From contig OX597842.1 in NCBI GenBank assembly GCA_951406725.2, positions 3,100,001 through 3,164,000 of the forward strand: a stretch of 64,000 nt of DNA, read 5' to 3'. The DNA comes from Octopus vulgaris. Lineage: Eukaryota. The position numbers and the translations under genes were made by a program. Position 1 is the first letter of the stretch, and each line of letters begins with the position of its first letter. Positions 26,378-42,602 of the stretch are shown piece after piece. The notes under the pieces were generated by a model. It searched no databases. It was given only the letters and a program-made list of their open reading frames with translations, and was not told the origin of the DNA.

Positions 26378-26845
26378 TGTGTGTATATTTGTGTTTGTGT
26401 GTGTTTGTGAGTTTGTGTTTGTGTGTTTGTGTGTGTGTTTGTGTGTGTGTTTGTGTGTGTGTGTTTGTGTGTGTGTGTTTGTGTGTGTGTGTTTGTGCGT
26501 GTGTTTGTGTGTGTGTGTTTGTGTGTGGGTGTTTGTGTGTTTGTGTGTGTGTATGTTTGTGTTGCATGTTTGTGTTTTTGTGTGTGTATGTGTGTATGTA
26601 TATCTATGTGTGTGTATGCATATGGGTGCCTGTGTAAGTGCGCATGTTTGAAAGTATGTGTGTGTGTGTGTTTGTGCATGCAACACATGGCAATGTGTCG
26701 ATATATACACATTCAGATGCATGCATTTGAAAGTGTGCTGCATATGTGTGCAGCATGTGCGCTGCATATGTGCATTTATTTCATCATTTAGTGCAACTCA
26801 GCGTGATTAAGTGCACTGTTGCTCATGCGTATACGAATACACACA

Positions 26846-26903
<58 letters not shown>

Positions 26904-26994
26904 AACCCGTAAGATTTACTTCACACTCAAAATCATCCTTAAAATGTACTCTTTGTGTGTGAGTGTGTGTGTTTGTGTACAAACACACACACAC

Positions 26995-27027
<33 letters not shown>

Positions 27028-27119
27028 TATATATATACACATATATATATATATACACAAACACACGTACATATATATACACACACACACACACATATAT
27101 ATACATATACATACATACA

Positions 27120-27150
<31 letters not shown>
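24620..27150. repeat. Very long (CAT)n/(CAA)n and (TG/TGTT)n microsatellite blocks
   Basis: Direct reading. Confidence 0.95.
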
Positions 27151-27155
<5 letters not shown>

Positions 27156-27729
27156 GTTAGGATAATAGCTAGTTATCTCTATTTCTCTTTAGCTGTGTGT
27201 GTGTGTATGTGTGTGCGTGCGTGTGTGCGTGTGAGCACACACCACACGGTGTCTATAAATTGCAATGGCAATTTGAAAAATTCAGAAAATAATGAAGAAT
27301 ACGGAGAATTCAGCGGAGTTTATTGGCAAACAAATAAAGTTTTATTAGAAACATCAGAACATTTCCACGTGGGCTCCATTGGTTGCACGCAACACGTCTA
27401 AACGATACAATATAATAAATTGTGGAAGCTGTAAAAATAATTTATGAACACCCCGTAAACACATATACATTTATATAAACTTTGTCAATATACCATACTG
27501 AATTTATGTGTGGTTTTGAAAAGCCTGGCGCTGGGGTTTTCATCCAGGAAAAATCCCTTCATAGATTTGTGTTAAAAACACGATATGCTTCGGAGTTAAA
27601 TGAAATGAAATCACCCCAGAAGCGTCCTTGGGAGCGACAGAAACGTATTTCACCGTTGTTGCCGCTTGTCAATGCTACATTGTGATGTTCCTTCTGAAAC
27701 GCAATCGAATGAATCAGTCTCAGCTATAT

Positions 27730-28846
27730 CTTTTATCTTTTACTTCTTTCACACACTAATCGACCCCTGGACTTATTCTTTGTAAGCCTAGTACATATTC
27801 TATCAGTGACGTAAACATACCAGCATCGGTTGTCAAGCGATATTGTGGGGGCAAACACAGACACACAAACATATACACACACATACATATATACATATAT
27901 ATATATACGACGGGCCTCTTTCAGTTTCCGTCTACCAAATCCACTCACAAGGCTTTGGTCGGCCCGAGGTTTTAGTAGAAGACACTTGCCAAAGGTGCCA
28001 CGCCGTGGGACTGAACCCAGATCCATGTGGTTGGTAAGCAAGCTACTTACCATACAGCCACTCCTGCGCCATGCTGGAGAACCGCTTTGTAGAATTTCTA
28101 GTCGAATGAATCGACCCCAGCACTTTTTTTAAAAAGCCCGTTATTTATTCTAAGTCTCTTTTGCGACATCGTTCAGTTATGGGAAAGTAAACACACTAGC
28201 ACCGGTTGTCAAGCGGTGGGGGCAGGGAGAGAAAAACACAAACATAAAAGTCACACACGCACACACATATATACGACAGGCTTCTTTTAGTTTCTGTCTA
28301 CCAAATACACTCAAAAGGCTTTGTTTGACCCGAAGCTATAGTAGAAGATATATGCCCAAGGTGCCAAGCAGTGTGTCTGAACCCGGAACCATGTGGTTGG
28401 AAAGTAAACATCTTCTCACACAGCCACAGATGTAGTATTTTATAAATTGGACACCGATACGTAAAAGAGCCACATGGGCAGAATAAAATTCGAATTATGC
28501 AATAAAAGCAGGTCTGAAGTAAAAACTATATCAAAACAACATAAAATGTTTGGTTGAAAAACCAGAGATTGAATATTTCGCTGTTTTTGTGGCTCCTCTA
28601 CGTCACGCACTCGTGTGTGTGTGTGTGTGACTTGCTATTGTCGAGCAATTTGTTACTTTTTTACTCTTTTACTTGTTTCAGTCATCTGACTGTGGCCATG
28701 CTGGAGCACCGCCTTTAGTCGAGCAAATCGACCCCAGGACTTATTCTTTGTAAGCCTAGTACTTAGTCTATCGGTGACGTAAACACACCAGCATCAGTTG
28801 TCAAGCGATGTTGGGGGTACAAACACAGACACACAGACATATACAG

Positions 28847-28885
<39 letters not shown>

Positions 28886-29050
28886 TACGATGGGCTTCTT
28901 TCAGTTTCCGTCTACCAAATCCACTCACAAGGCTTTGGTCGGCCCGAGGCTATATTAGAAGACACTTGCCCAAGGTGCCACACAGTGGGACTGAACCCAG
29001 ATCCATGTGGTTGGTAAGCAAGCTACTTACCACACAGCCACTCCTGCGCC
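27730..29050 (-). mobile_element. Three family A SINE copies
   Basis: Copies at 27730-28070, 28070-28428 and 28655-29050 with family motifs. Confidence 0.9.
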
Positions 29051-29529
29051 TATTGTTGTAAACAGCAAAACATTTACTCATAGGAGTTCTCAATATATTT
29101 CACAGAGTGAAACGTTTTGATAGTATCGAGCTGAATAGGACTCATAGTTACGCATCTTAATTGTTTATTTAACCTGCTTGAATAAATGGTTCATTGCGGA
29201 ACTTGAAGTCGCAGTGAACTCAACATATATTGTGTTGAATCAAAGGTTTTGCAGTGTTTTAGTAACTTTTTTTGCTTTATTCGTTCAATAACAACAAAAG
29301 CAGAATTGCAACTTCGACAAGAACCCCACCGAAGTAATTAATCCAAGCACTGTAAGAAAATTCAATCATCGCAGTTCTTCTGAACAACAAACATCGAAGA
29401 ATTCTTCAGAACAGCAATAGGTTCGCATGAGAAGGAAAAGAGACCAGTGGCGATGATTATAAAAGCCTTTAGAGTTGCACCCCAACAACTGGCTGCATCA
29501 CTTAAGGGACCTCGATGATGATGATGATG

Positions 29530-29573
<44 letters not shown>

Positions 29574-29605
29574 AGCAGAAACAGGTGTGGTATTCAAAGC
29601 ATTAT

Positions 29606-29699
29606 AGGACGTACACGTGTTTCAACGAAATGCCTAAATATTTACATACGAAATGATAGAAATATTATATAATCATGCATTATGTCTCATCAGTGTCCT
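29606..29699 (-). ncRNA. Minimal type-I hammerhead ribozyme motif with long helix II
   Basis: AGGACA-CTGATGA-GAC..AATGC/GCATT..GTT-GAAA-CACGTG-TA-CGTCCT; palindromic helix III; intact core. Confidence 0.7.
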
Positions 29700-30764
29700 G
29701 CTATAAATACACATATACACTCATACACACATATGAGGCTGCTTTCAGTTTTCCTCTACCGAATCCACTCACAAGCCTTTGGTTGGCCCAGAGCAAGTTC
29801 AGAAGATTCTTGCATAAGGTGTCACACAGCGGGACTTTAGAATAGAACTCAAGACCATGGGATTATGAAGCAAACTTCTTACTACACAGCCACTCCCGCA
29901 CCTACTTTTCCGAATATGAACGTATCCACTTATGACATTCACCGTATAATTTTCGCTGGCGTTAATTTTCCACTGTTACCGGTTTCTCAGGATTTTGATG
30001 CTTTTAAGCACATTATATTTAACTTAATCTCTCACATATAGTTAACATAGTTTAAATTAATAACATAATTTAAATTAATTTATTTAATATTTGCATAACT
30101 GAATATATACAACATATACATTTTGGCGCGAGAATCGAAACTAAATTGGCTATGACGTGTGTTGGTGGTGGTAGCGGTGGTGGTGCCGGTTGTGGTGGAG
30201 GTACTAATGGTGGCAATGGTGGTAGTGGTGATGATTGGAGCGATGGTGAGATGGTGGTGATGATAATGATGGTAGTTGTGGTGTCAGCGAGGTGGGATAT
30301 TTGGCTGCTGTTTCCAGCAGACGTTTTGACCTCGTAGTGGCTATCTCTTGCACACAGTACGCTTGAAAGTAACTGAATAGAATAGACCTACAATGAAAGG
30401 CGTACCAGCCATGACCATCGCATCTTAGACTACAATGGCTGATATGTACTTCTTTTTCTCTAAGACAATAGATTGCAATTTGTAGATTGGCTGCTATTTC
30501 TAACAGGTCTAGCTATCATGGTGAAGTCTGCATCGCTCACATGTATTTGAGGCACATTGGACTGCTATTTCCAGCAGGTCATGGTTACCCTATAGATGTT
30601 TCATCCATTGGCACATACATTCATATAAGACAATGGAGTGTGATTTGAGGGAGATTTGGCTGCTATGTCTACAAGTTTTATCTGCCAGGTAGAGGCTTTT
30701 CTCTTTGACTTATCACCGATCTTGCTGTTACTATTGTTGTAGTTATTGTAATCGGTTATCGTTG

Positions 30765-32827
30765 TAGATGATGGTGGTGGTGGTGATGATCATGGTGGTG
30801 GTGGCGGGGATGATGATGGTGTTGATGGTGGTGATGATGATGGTGATGGTGATGGTGGTGGTGGTGGTGGTGATGATGGTGGTGGTGGCGGGATGATGAT
30901 GGTGATGGTGGTGGTGGTGATGGTAGTGGTAGTGGTGGTGGTGGTGGTGGTGGTGATGATGATGGTGCTGATAATGGTGGTGATGATCATGGTGGTGATG
31001 ATGGTAATGGTGATGATGATGGTGATAATGATGATGGTGGTGGTGATGATGATGGTGATGATGGTGGTGATGATGGTGTTGGTGGTGATGGAGGTCGTGA
31101 TGATGATAGTGGTGACGATGATGAGGATGATGATGATGATGATAACATTGATGATGACGACGACGATAATGATGATGATGGTGGTGATGGTGGTGGTGGT
31201 GGTGGTGGTGGTGGCGGTGATGATGATGGTGGTGATGATGGTAATGATGATGATGGTGATAATGATGATGATGGTAATGGTGGTGGTGGTGATGGTAGTG
31301 GTGGTGGTGGTGGTGGAGGTGATGATGATGATGATGGCGTTGTTTTTTCCAAAGTTCTTCATCCAGAAAAGTATTTAGGTGCGGGCATCAATTGGTAAAG
31401 GTGCGGGAAAGGGGAGGGGTGCGGGAGTGGATGGTTATTTTGTTGTGTCGAAAGGGAGATGTGAGATGGAGAAAAGCGTGTGCGGTGGGGTGGATAGAGG
31501 TAAGAACCCGGTTAGTGGTGGTGGTGGTGGTGGTGGTGGTGGTATGTTGGACATTTTTGGGGGGAGTTAAGTGACGTTTTCAATGTGTTGTTTCCGGTGA
31601 CAATAGCATAACACCACCAAATGCACCACCGCCACTACCACTAAAACTACAGACTCAACAACAATTACCACCACCAAAACAACAACATCGCCACTATCGC
31701 CATCAATACCCATACTGTAGGCATCATTACCATCATCATCATCAGCATCACCAATTGCAATGTTGACTACGACGGCTACAACCACTACCACCAACATCAT
31801 CACCACCACCAACAACTACTACTGTGATCCTGACCTCCACCACCATCACCACCACAACTACCACTGTCACAATAACATCAACCATCACCACCATCATCTC
31901 CTCCATCACCATTACCACCACCACCACTACCATGATCATCACCACTAATACCACCGTCACCATGCCGATCACCATCACTGCCACTACAACAAGGACAATC
32001 ACCACCGCCACAGTAACAGCAACCACCATCCTCACCACTACCTCTACCACCACCGCCACCAGTACCTCCACCAACACCACCACCACCACCATCACCACTG
32101 CCTCCAACACCACCGCCACCACCACCATCGCCACCACCATCACCACCACCACCACCACCACCACCATCACCAGTACCTCCACCAACACCACCACCACCAC
32201 CACCACCACCAGTACCTCCACCACCACCACCACCACCACCAGTACCTCCACCAACACCACCACCACCACCACCACCACCATCACCACCACCACCACCACC
32301 ACCACTAAACACTACAAAAGAAATGCCAACATCAGTGGATGTCAGAAAAAGACAACAGCAACAACTTCAACAACAACAAAAGCTTCGTCGTGGCCCCTCG
32401 GGGTGTACAATTGCTGCTAGCAAGATCGATCCCACGCTTCACTGCTTCGCATGATGTGATGATGGCAAAGTGTTCCAGATTGATACGGCGTGTATGGTGG
32501 TGGTGGTGGTGGTGGTGGTTGTGGTGGGAGGAAGGGGGGACAGCACGAAACGGGTGGAGCGGGTGGAGGCGAGTAGGGGTGGATGTTGTCGGGGAAGAGG
32601 GAGGGAATTAAGAAAGTATTGCTTCCGGTAACGGTCTTCCGCTGCTGGAAGTAGTGGTGGTGGTGGTGGTGGTGGAGGTACTGGTAGTAGTAGTAGTAGT
32701 AGTAGTAGTAGTTGTTGCTGTAGTAGTGGTGATAGTGGTTATGAATTACCCGTGGCGGTGAAGGGGTTCAAGTAATGGTGTTGTGGTTGTGCAATGGTGT
32801 AGTAGTCGTAGTAGTATCTATCTCTCA

Positions 32828-32883
<56 letters not shown>

Positions 32884-32914
32884 GTCTGTCTGTCTGTCTC
32901 TCTGTATGTCTGTA

Positions 32915-32981
<67 letters not shown>

Positions 32982-33003
32982 TTATCTATCTATTTATCTG
33001 TCC

Positions 33004-33040
<37 letters not shown>

Positions 33041-33065
33041 CCTATCTATCTTTCTATCCTATCCC

Positions 33066-33117
<52 letters not shown>

Positions 33118-33265
33118 CCATCTCTATCTATCTATCTACCAATATATCTATCTATCTAGCTACCTATCTGTCTGTCTGCCTGTCTGTCTATCTGTCTGTC
33201 TGTCTGTCCGTCTATCTACCTACCTACCTACCTACATACATACCTACCAACCTACCTACCAATCT
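30765..33265. repeat. (GGT/GAT)n, (CAC)n and (TATC)n microsatellite blocks with short unique islands
   Basis: Direct reading. Confidence 0.95.
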
Positions 33266-33443
33266 CTATAATAAAATAAATAATATATATATATATGCAT
33301 ATATGGGTACAGGACATCAAAAAAACGAGAACAAAAGCAAGGAAAACAAACTTTTTTTCGAACAACGAAAGAAACAACTAGAGAAACGAGAAAATCAACA
33401 TAAAGAACATTCCCTTCATCAGTTGTCATAATATATATATATA

Positions 33444-33837
33444 CTAGCAGTATCGCCCGGCGTTGCTCGGGTTTGTAAGGGAAATAACTATATAAGCATT
33501 TTTAGAGAGTTATAGCCAAAATATAGCAAAAAAATGCATTAAAAATGGAAAAAAATTATGGTAAATTTTTTTAAAAATCGTTGACTCATCGCAGACATTT
33601 TTAGAGAGTTACTTCCCTTATATAATAGCAAAAAAAATGCATTAAAAATGGGAAAAAATGATGGTAAATTTTTTTAAAATCGTAGACTCATCGTAGACGC
33701 GCGCTAATACCCAGGCTCGATATGAATCACGACTATAAGATACCCGGTTTTGGTTAAACCGCACCGCAAAATGTGGGAGTAGTTAGGAATCTAAATCGTA
33801 GGAGACAGACACACAACTTGACTTTTATATATAAAGA
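33444..33837 (-). mobile_element. Non-autonomous Helitron
   Basis: Minus strand A|TCTTTATATATAAAAG ... hairpin CCCGAGCAACGCCGGG ... CTAG|T; internal ~100-bp tandem duplication. Confidence 0.88.
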
Positions 33838-33839
33838 TA

Positions 33840-34220
33840 TATTGTGTGTTAAATAGCTTGTTTACGAACCACGTGGTTCTGGGTTCAGTCCCACTGCGTG
33901 GCATCTTTGGCAAGTGTCTTCTACTATAGCCTCGGGCCGACCAAAGCCTTGTGAGTGGATTTGGTAGATGGAAACTGAAAGAAGCCCGTCGTATATATGT
34001 ATATATATGTGTGTATGTGTATATGTGTGTTTGTCCCCTCAACATCGCTTGACAACTGATGCTGGTGTGTTTACATCCCTGTAACTTAGCGGTTCAGCAA
34101 AATGAGACTGATAGAATAAGTACTAGGCTTCCCAAAAAATAAGTCCCGGGTTCGATTTGCTTGACTGAAGGCGGTGCTCCAGCATGGCCACAGTCAAATG
34201 ACAGAAACACGTAAATGAGT
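33840..34220 (+). mobile_element. Family A SINE
   Basis: Head-core-tail motifs. Confidence 0.9.
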
Positions 34221-34351
34221 ATATATATATGTGTGTGTGTGTGTGCATGAGTTTGTGTATATTCGGGTGATTGGACAAGCGAAAGAAAAAATACTCAACA
34301 CATTTAGTACGAGTAGCATGTATTATTTATATGTATGCATATATATATAGT

Positions 34352-34672
34352 GAAGGTGCGTGGCTTAGTGGTTAGGACATTCCGCTCACGATCCTACGGT
34401 TGTGAGTTCAATTACCAGTGAAGTGTTGTGTCCTTGGGCAAGACACTTTATTTCACGTTGCCCCAGTCTTCTCAGCTGGCAAAAATGAGTAGTACCTGTA
34501 TTTCAAAGGGCCAGCCTTGTCACACTCTGTGTCACGCTGAATTTCCCCGAGAACTACATTAAGGGTACACATGTATGTGGAGTGCTCAGCCACTTGCACG
34601 TTAATTTCATGCGCAAGCTGTTCGATTGATCGTATCAGCTGGGACCCTCGTTGTTGTAACCGACGGAGTGCT
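34352..34672 (+). mobile_element. tRNA-derived SINE family C
   Basis: A-box TGGCTTAGTGG, B-box GAGTTCAATT and TGTGTCCTTGGGCAAGACAC; related pieces at 44960-45290 (+) and 54925-55165 (-). Confidence 0.75.
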
Positions 34673-35414
34673 CCTATGGATATCTATGTGTGTGTGTGTC
34701 TGCGTTTGACCTCCATCACCGCTTCACAACCTATTTCTTTACTGCCCACAAGGGGCTAAACGCAGAGGGGACAAACAAAGACAGACAAACGGATTAAGTC
34801 GATTATATCGACCCCAGTGCGTAACTGGTACTTATTTAATCAACCCCGAAAGGATGAAAGGCAAAGTCGACCTCGGCGGAATTTGAACTCAGAACGTAGC
34901 AGCAGACGAAATACCGCTAAACATTTCGCCCGGTGTGCTAACGTTTCTGCCAGCTCACCGCTTCACAACCGATGTTAGTGTGTCTACGTCTCCGTAACTT
35001 AGCGGTTCAACAAAAGAGAACGATAGAATTAGTACTATGCTTAAAAAATTAAGTCCCGGGGTTGATTTGTTCGACTAAAACCCTTCAAGGTGGTGCACTA
35101 GAATGGCCGCAGTCAAACGAATGAAAAAAGAAAAATAATAATATAACCCCCCCCCCCAAAAAAAAAGAAGTATACACGTTATACAATGAAAGGAAATATA
35201 CATGGTGTACAAAGGTTAACAAAAAAAGGGAAGATGAGAGAGATGCAGTTCTCCTGAAAGAGGATGACCTCTAGTGATAATCGAGGAAACCCACCGTCCA
35301 ACATCTTCAACACTAAGGGCAAGTGCCCTCTCTAATTCCCTTTCTCCGACTCACAGGTCTACACTTGGAGCGGTGCCATCCACTCTTGCCATTTTCACCA
35401 CCCCCTTCAATACC

Positions 35415-36116
35415 AGCCACTGACTCTCATGGCTTCTGTTCTTAATTGATTGAAAGTATTATCCTATGATTTGTCTCGGTGTAAAAGGTGGGCTACCGTA
35501 ACTATTCTGCTCAATCCCTATTTCTTTATTACCCACAAGGGGCTAAACATAGAGGGGTCAAACAAGGACAGACATAAGTATTAAGTCGATTACATCGACC
35601 CCAGTGCGTAACTGGTACTTAATTTATCGACCCCGAAAGGATGAAAGGCAAAGTCGACCTCGGCGGAATTTGAACTCGGAACATAACGGCAAAGTTCAAA
35701 TTTTGCTCAATACCACAGATTTACTTATCAGTCGCTTGACTTTAATTAGTTGAGCATGTCTCTTCGTCGCTGATGATTTATGTATCTCTGATCACAAGCA
35801 GAAATAGTGATGGAGCATCATAGCCATGTATTGAGAGGAATTCTTTGGGCTTGAACAATTCCCCTTTAGAAAGATGGGGGATTTGTTCATCATCTTTAAA
35901 CAAATCTTATTCAAGGACCTAAAAGAACATTCTAAATGGGCTTCTCCTGAAAGGTGATGCCCTGTTTATCTTGATATGGCATAACCATGTCGCGCACATA
36001 TGGTTGTGAGGTGTGCCTAATGTACCCTTATCAGACAGGTAGACAAGCTGGATATATTGGGCTTCGTCTATTTGTACTTCAGTGTCACTTTGATGGTATG
36101 CGCTGATTTCTCACTC

Positions 36117-36180
<64 letters not shown>

Positions 36181-36729
36181 GCCCCGATGCTGTACCAAGC
36201 AGTGGCTCTCGCGGCTTCTGATCTTAACTAATTGTTATCATGTACATTGTTTTGTCTTGGTGTAAAAGATGGACTACAGCAAATATTCTGCTCAATACCA
36301 CAGATTTGCTTGTCAGTTGTTTAACCTTAACCAGTTGACCATGTCCCTTAATGGTTGACAATATGTGCATCTCTGATCACGGGCAGGAATAGTGGGGGAG
36401 CATCATAGCCATGTGTTGAGAGGGATTCTTTGGGGTTTGAATAATTCACCTCTGGAAACATGGGTGGTTCGTTCATCATCCTTAAACAACCCTTATTCGG
36501 CGACCTTTTGAGCAGGATGGGCTACTCAACCAGAAGAAAATTCCAACTGGGTCCCACCTGCAAGGTCATGTGCTGTTTATCTTGATATGAGATCGCCATG
36601 TCGTACACATGTGGTTGTGATGCATGTGCCTGGTGTACCCTTCTCAGACGGGTAGTCATGATGGGTATATTGGAGTTCGTATATTTGTACCCCAGTGTCA
36701 CTTTGATGGCATGCGCTGCTCTCCCACTC

Positions 36730-36775
<46 letters not shown>
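35415..36775 (+). mobile_element. Two copies of an (AAT)n-terminated retroelement 3' region (Dong/R4-like)
   Basis: Copies 35415-36117 (interrupted by SINE B) and 36179-36730 both end CTC.CACTC(AAT)n; third copy at 60107-60421. Confidence 0.65.
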
Positions 36776-37518
36776 GTTTCACATTTTGGTAGAAAGCCAG
36801 CAATTTCAGGGAAGGGGCTAAGTCGATTACATCGACCCAGTACTAAATTGATATTTATTTTACCGGCCCTAAAAGGATGAAAGTCAAAGTTAACCATGGT
36901 GCAATTTGAACCCTGGACGTACAGACGGATTCGTCCGACAAGCTAACCATTCTGCCAGCTCAACAGTAATCGTAGTGTTTTAATAAAAAAATAAATAAAA
37001 TTTTTCTAAATGGCGTCACGTAGGGGAAACAAACAGCGTTTGAACAGGACGACATTTTATCTCACATAGCCGCATCGAATTTCGCCATAAAAAAATTATA
37101 TTTTCTTTATGTCTGCAATAAAATACACAATTATATTCGTTATTTTTTCTTCTTCCTCGCATTAATATATAGGCAATTAATTTTCCGGGACTTATTATAT
37201 ATTATACATTATATATTAATATTGTATTATATTATGTTATTAAATTGTATTATTATATGCTGTAAAACTTTATTTTTAAACCAAACAACAATAGGAGTAA
37301 TAAATTATATATAAATATTTGGTGTGTGTGTGTGTGTGTATATATGTGTTTGTGTGTTTGTAGGGGAGGTATGTTTAATGCAAATAAATTCATATAAATT
37401 TACCACACACGCGTCTCTATCTACGCATATATGTATGTGCATCTTTGTATATGCACAGATATATATATATATATAAATATACACGAGCTAATCTATGTAT
37501 ATATGTGTGTATGTTTAT

Positions 37519-37599
<81 letters not shown>

Positions 37600-37997
37600 A
37601 ACGCACACTGTAGTTTAAATATAATTTATAACTTAAATTCCACTTTAGGTTATATAACTAATTATACACGCACACATAGACACACATATATATATATGTA
37701 CATAACCACACATACCCATACATATATACTTTTGAATATAAATATTCTAAAAAATTACGTATATGGCATAACACAAACATACACGCGTGTTAATATATAT
37801 ATATATAGATACACACACACGCACACACATATGCACGCACAATGATACATCTATACATACATTCGATAGAGCACATTTAAAAGATAATACATAATTTACA
37901 CTCTTTCTCACATTATATATATATACACATAAAATATATATTTACACACAAACACACATATACAGCGATTATATGTGTGTTAAAGTACGCCTGTATT

Positions 37998-38031
<34 letters not shown>

Positions 38032-38534
38032 ATGTATGTATGTATACACATACATATATATGTTTGTTATTCATCTATATGTATACGTTTATGAATATAC
38101 ATACACACAAGTAACACCCACACACACAATGCGTACATACATTTGTTTGCGAGGGTGTGAAGTTCTATTCCATACACACACACACATATGTGTATGTGTG
38201 TGTATGTAGAGAGAGGGAGGGAGAGAGCGCGAGACACATTCACACACACACACACACAAATACATTTATCAATCTATTAACGAAATACAAATAGGTTTAT
38301 AAATTTGAAGTTAAATGTCATTCCATTTCCAACAATTGTTTTTGACTAATTTATGTCGGCAAAATCCGAACATTTATTGTCAAGTTTCCGATAAAATACA
38401 AATATTATACGGCCGCCATTTTGTTTTCCGTTCTCTTCCCAGAAATTCCTGTTGGATAGCTTAGGATGATGTCATCATTATAGTGAAATTGGTAGGATAG
38501 GTTTATGTTGCTGATGTTGATGATGATGATGATG

Positions 38535-39310
38535 CTGTTTAGCCCTAGGTCAGTCTTGATCCAACAGATCTATGATCAAAGATGTTTCAGCTGTGACCAT
38601 CAAATGTTTTATTCAGATCAGATGCAGTTCACCTAGGACTACATCATCTAATGTTCAGTATGGTAGTTAGTATTAGAGGCTGTAGCTGGTGTTTAGCGCC
38701 AGGTTTGTCCTGGTCCAGCACATCCATGATCAGATATTCTCCAGCAGTGATCATGCAATCTTTCACTCTGTCATAGTGTATCTAGGACTACATTATTTAA
38801 TGTATAGATGTGCTGTCTTTGTCTTGCCCCTGATCAGTCCTGGAGGTAACCATCCCATCTTCTTTTCAGACACAGTGCACCTAGGACTACATTATCTAAT
38901 GTACAGTATAGCAGTTAGTTTCAGACACAGTGCTTGCTAAACCCCAGGTCAGTCTCGATCCAGCAGACCTATGATCAAAGATATTCCACCGATGACCATG
39001 TCATCTTTTATTCAGGCATTGTGTATCTAGGACTACATTATCTAATGTACAGTATACAAGTTAGCATTAGTAGCTATAATCATTAATTGTTGCTGTTAAG
39101 CCCCAGGTCAGTCCTGACCCAGCAGTTGTTCAAAAACGTTCCAGCTAAGACCATCCCATCAATTATGTAGACAGTGTATCTAGAATTACATTCTGTGATT
39201 TATAGTATAATAGATAATATTTGAGGTTGTACTTGTTGTTTAGCCGGCAGGTTAGTCCTGGTGATCAAAGGCGTTCCAAATATAACCATCCTATCTTTCA
39301 TATTGATATA
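38535..39310 (+). repeat. Array (~5-6 copies) of the ~140-bp repeat
   Basis: TTTAGCCCCAGGTCAGTC..GACCTATGATCAAAGATGTTCCAGC..GTGTATCTAGGACTACATTATCTAATG. Confidence 0.9.
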
Positions 39311-39328
39311 CTCTATCATACTCTATCC

Positions 39329-39492
39329 AGGCGCAGGAGTGGCTGTGTGGTAAGTAGCTTGCTTACGAACTACATGGTTCCGGGTTCAGTCTCACTGCGT
39401 GGCACCTTGGGCAAGTGGCTTCTACTATAGCCTTGGGCCGACCAAAGCCTTGTGAGTGGATTTGATAGACGGAAACTGAAAGAAGATCATCG

Positions 39493-39571
<79 letters not shown>

Positions 39572-39783
39572 ATGTTTGTGTGTCCGTGTTTGTCCCCCCA
39601 ACATCGCTTGACAACCAATGGTGGTGTGTCTACGTCCCCGTAATCTAGCGGTTCGGCAAAAGAGACGATAGAATAAGTACTAGGCTTACAAAAAAAAGTC
39701 CTGGGGTCGACTTGCTCGACTAAAGGCGGTGCTCCAGCATGGCCACAGTCAAATATCTGAATCAAGTAAATGAGTAAAAGAGT
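39329..39783 (+). mobile_element. Full-length family A SINE
   Basis: GGCGCAGGAGTGGCTGTGTGGTAAG head through GGCGGTGCTCCAGCATGGCCACAGTC tail. Confidence 0.92.
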
Positions 39784-40684
39784 ATCACTAAATTGTCTAA
39801 TGTACCGTTTAGTTGCTAGTATTAGTAGCTCTAGTTGTTGTTACTTTTTAGCCCCAGGCCAACTCGTTGCCAGCACACCAAACTGTAATAATGTTCCCGT
39901 TAACTATTTAGTAGTAACAATGAGAAATAAGTATGTGCCTCTATAACAAGCATAAAAAACCTTTTGGTAGCGTAAGATGATACATTTAAACTAAAAGTGG
40001 GGTTAAACCATACTGTATCGCACATATGCGGTCACTTTTTCAGTTAAGCAAAGTATAACTGGTTGATATATCCTTCTTTTCGCGGAGAAAACCACTCTCT
40101 TTCAAAACAATATCATAATAGGGAGCTGCAAGATTGAACATTCCTTCATCTGGTGAGATGTTTGAGATGGGACCACCAAGGCTATTTTGCAAGATTCTTC
40201 AAGAATATCCTAATATCACTAGAATATGTTTTCAAAATATACCAACTTCACATTTGACTCCTATATTGCTAATATAAATAGTTACGTACAAATTATTCGT
40301 CTTAAATTTAACGCAATTATGATGAAGACTAGCTCATATTATGATTTAAAGTAGTTTTATAAATACACCCGGATTAACGACTTATTAACAATATGGCATG
40401 TGTGTATATATATATATATAAATACATACATTTACACACAAACACACACACATGCTCACAGACATAGTTACGTACATTCATATATTAACATATACACTTA
40501 TGCATACATGCATACACTTTCTAAACACATGCAGATTTTGGTATATTCATTTTCATATTAAGTACTACGTATATATAATTATATTATAAGGCATGTTTTT
40601 TTATTACTTCATCAACTCCCAAACCCGATTCTCACCTGTCTGTCTGTACGTCTTCTGCTTACCTATCTCTTATATATATATATA

Positions 40685-41440
<756 letters not shown>

Positions 41441-41651
41441 GTATCGTTTATTTTTTTCTTTGAGTTATTACACTGCGGCCATGCTGGGGCACCCCCATTA
41501 GTCGCATGAATAGACCCCAGTGTTTACTTTCTTTAAAGACTGGTAATTTATTCTATCGGACCCATTGCCGAACCGCTAAGTTATGGGGACGTAAACACAA
41601 TAACACCGGTTGTCAAACGATGTAGTGGGGGACAAACGCGCACACACACAC

Positions 41652-41708
<57 letters not shown>

Positions 41709-41809
41709 TACACACACAAGAGAAAACTACAAGTCTATTACAAAACTACAACCGAAACATGTAACCGTACTGAAAATATATCCAAACTTATACAAAAACA
41801 AAAACTTCC

Positions 41810-41898
41810 ACCACTACTACAATTTCTACTACTACCACCACCACAGTACTATGACACCCGCCACCATCAGCGCCACCACCACCACCACAGCAAACAAA

Positions 41899-41936
<38 letters not shown>

Positions 41937-42042
41937 ACCACCACCTACTACAATTTCTACTACTACCACCACCACCACTACTATGACGCCCGCCACCATC
42001 AGCGCCACCACCACCACCACAGCAAACACCATTAACACCAAC

Positions 42043-42089
<47 letters not shown>

Positions 42090-42563
42090 AAGTACCGCCA
42101 TCATCCCACCAGAACTTGTACTACTACCACCACCACCACCACTACTATAACGCCTGCCACCATCAGCGCCACCACCACCACAGCTAACACCACCACCACC
42201 ACCACTACTACTACTACCACCACCACCACTACTACTACTACTACCACCACCACCAGTACTATGACACCCGCCACCATCAGCGCCACCACCACCACAGCTA
42301 ACACCACCACCACCACCACCACCACCACCACCACCACCACCACCACTACTACTACTACTACCACCACCACCACTACTACTACTACTACCACCACCACCAC
42401 TACTACTACTACTACCACCACCACCACTACTATGACGCCTGCCACCATCAGCGCCACCACCACCACAGCTAACACCACCACCACCACCACCACCACCACT
42501 ACTACTACTACTACCACCACCACCACTACTATGACGCCTGCCACCATCAGCGCCACCACCACC

Positions 42564-42602
<39 letters not shown>

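Noticed and set aside
33405-33427. CTGATGAAG on the minus strand at a cassette end
   Set aside because: No matching GAAA and helix III visible; sequence truncated beside the Helitron.
39965-40380. Possible mariner transposase remnant
   Set aside because: Only a vague SPDEGMFNL resemblance; no TIRs identified.
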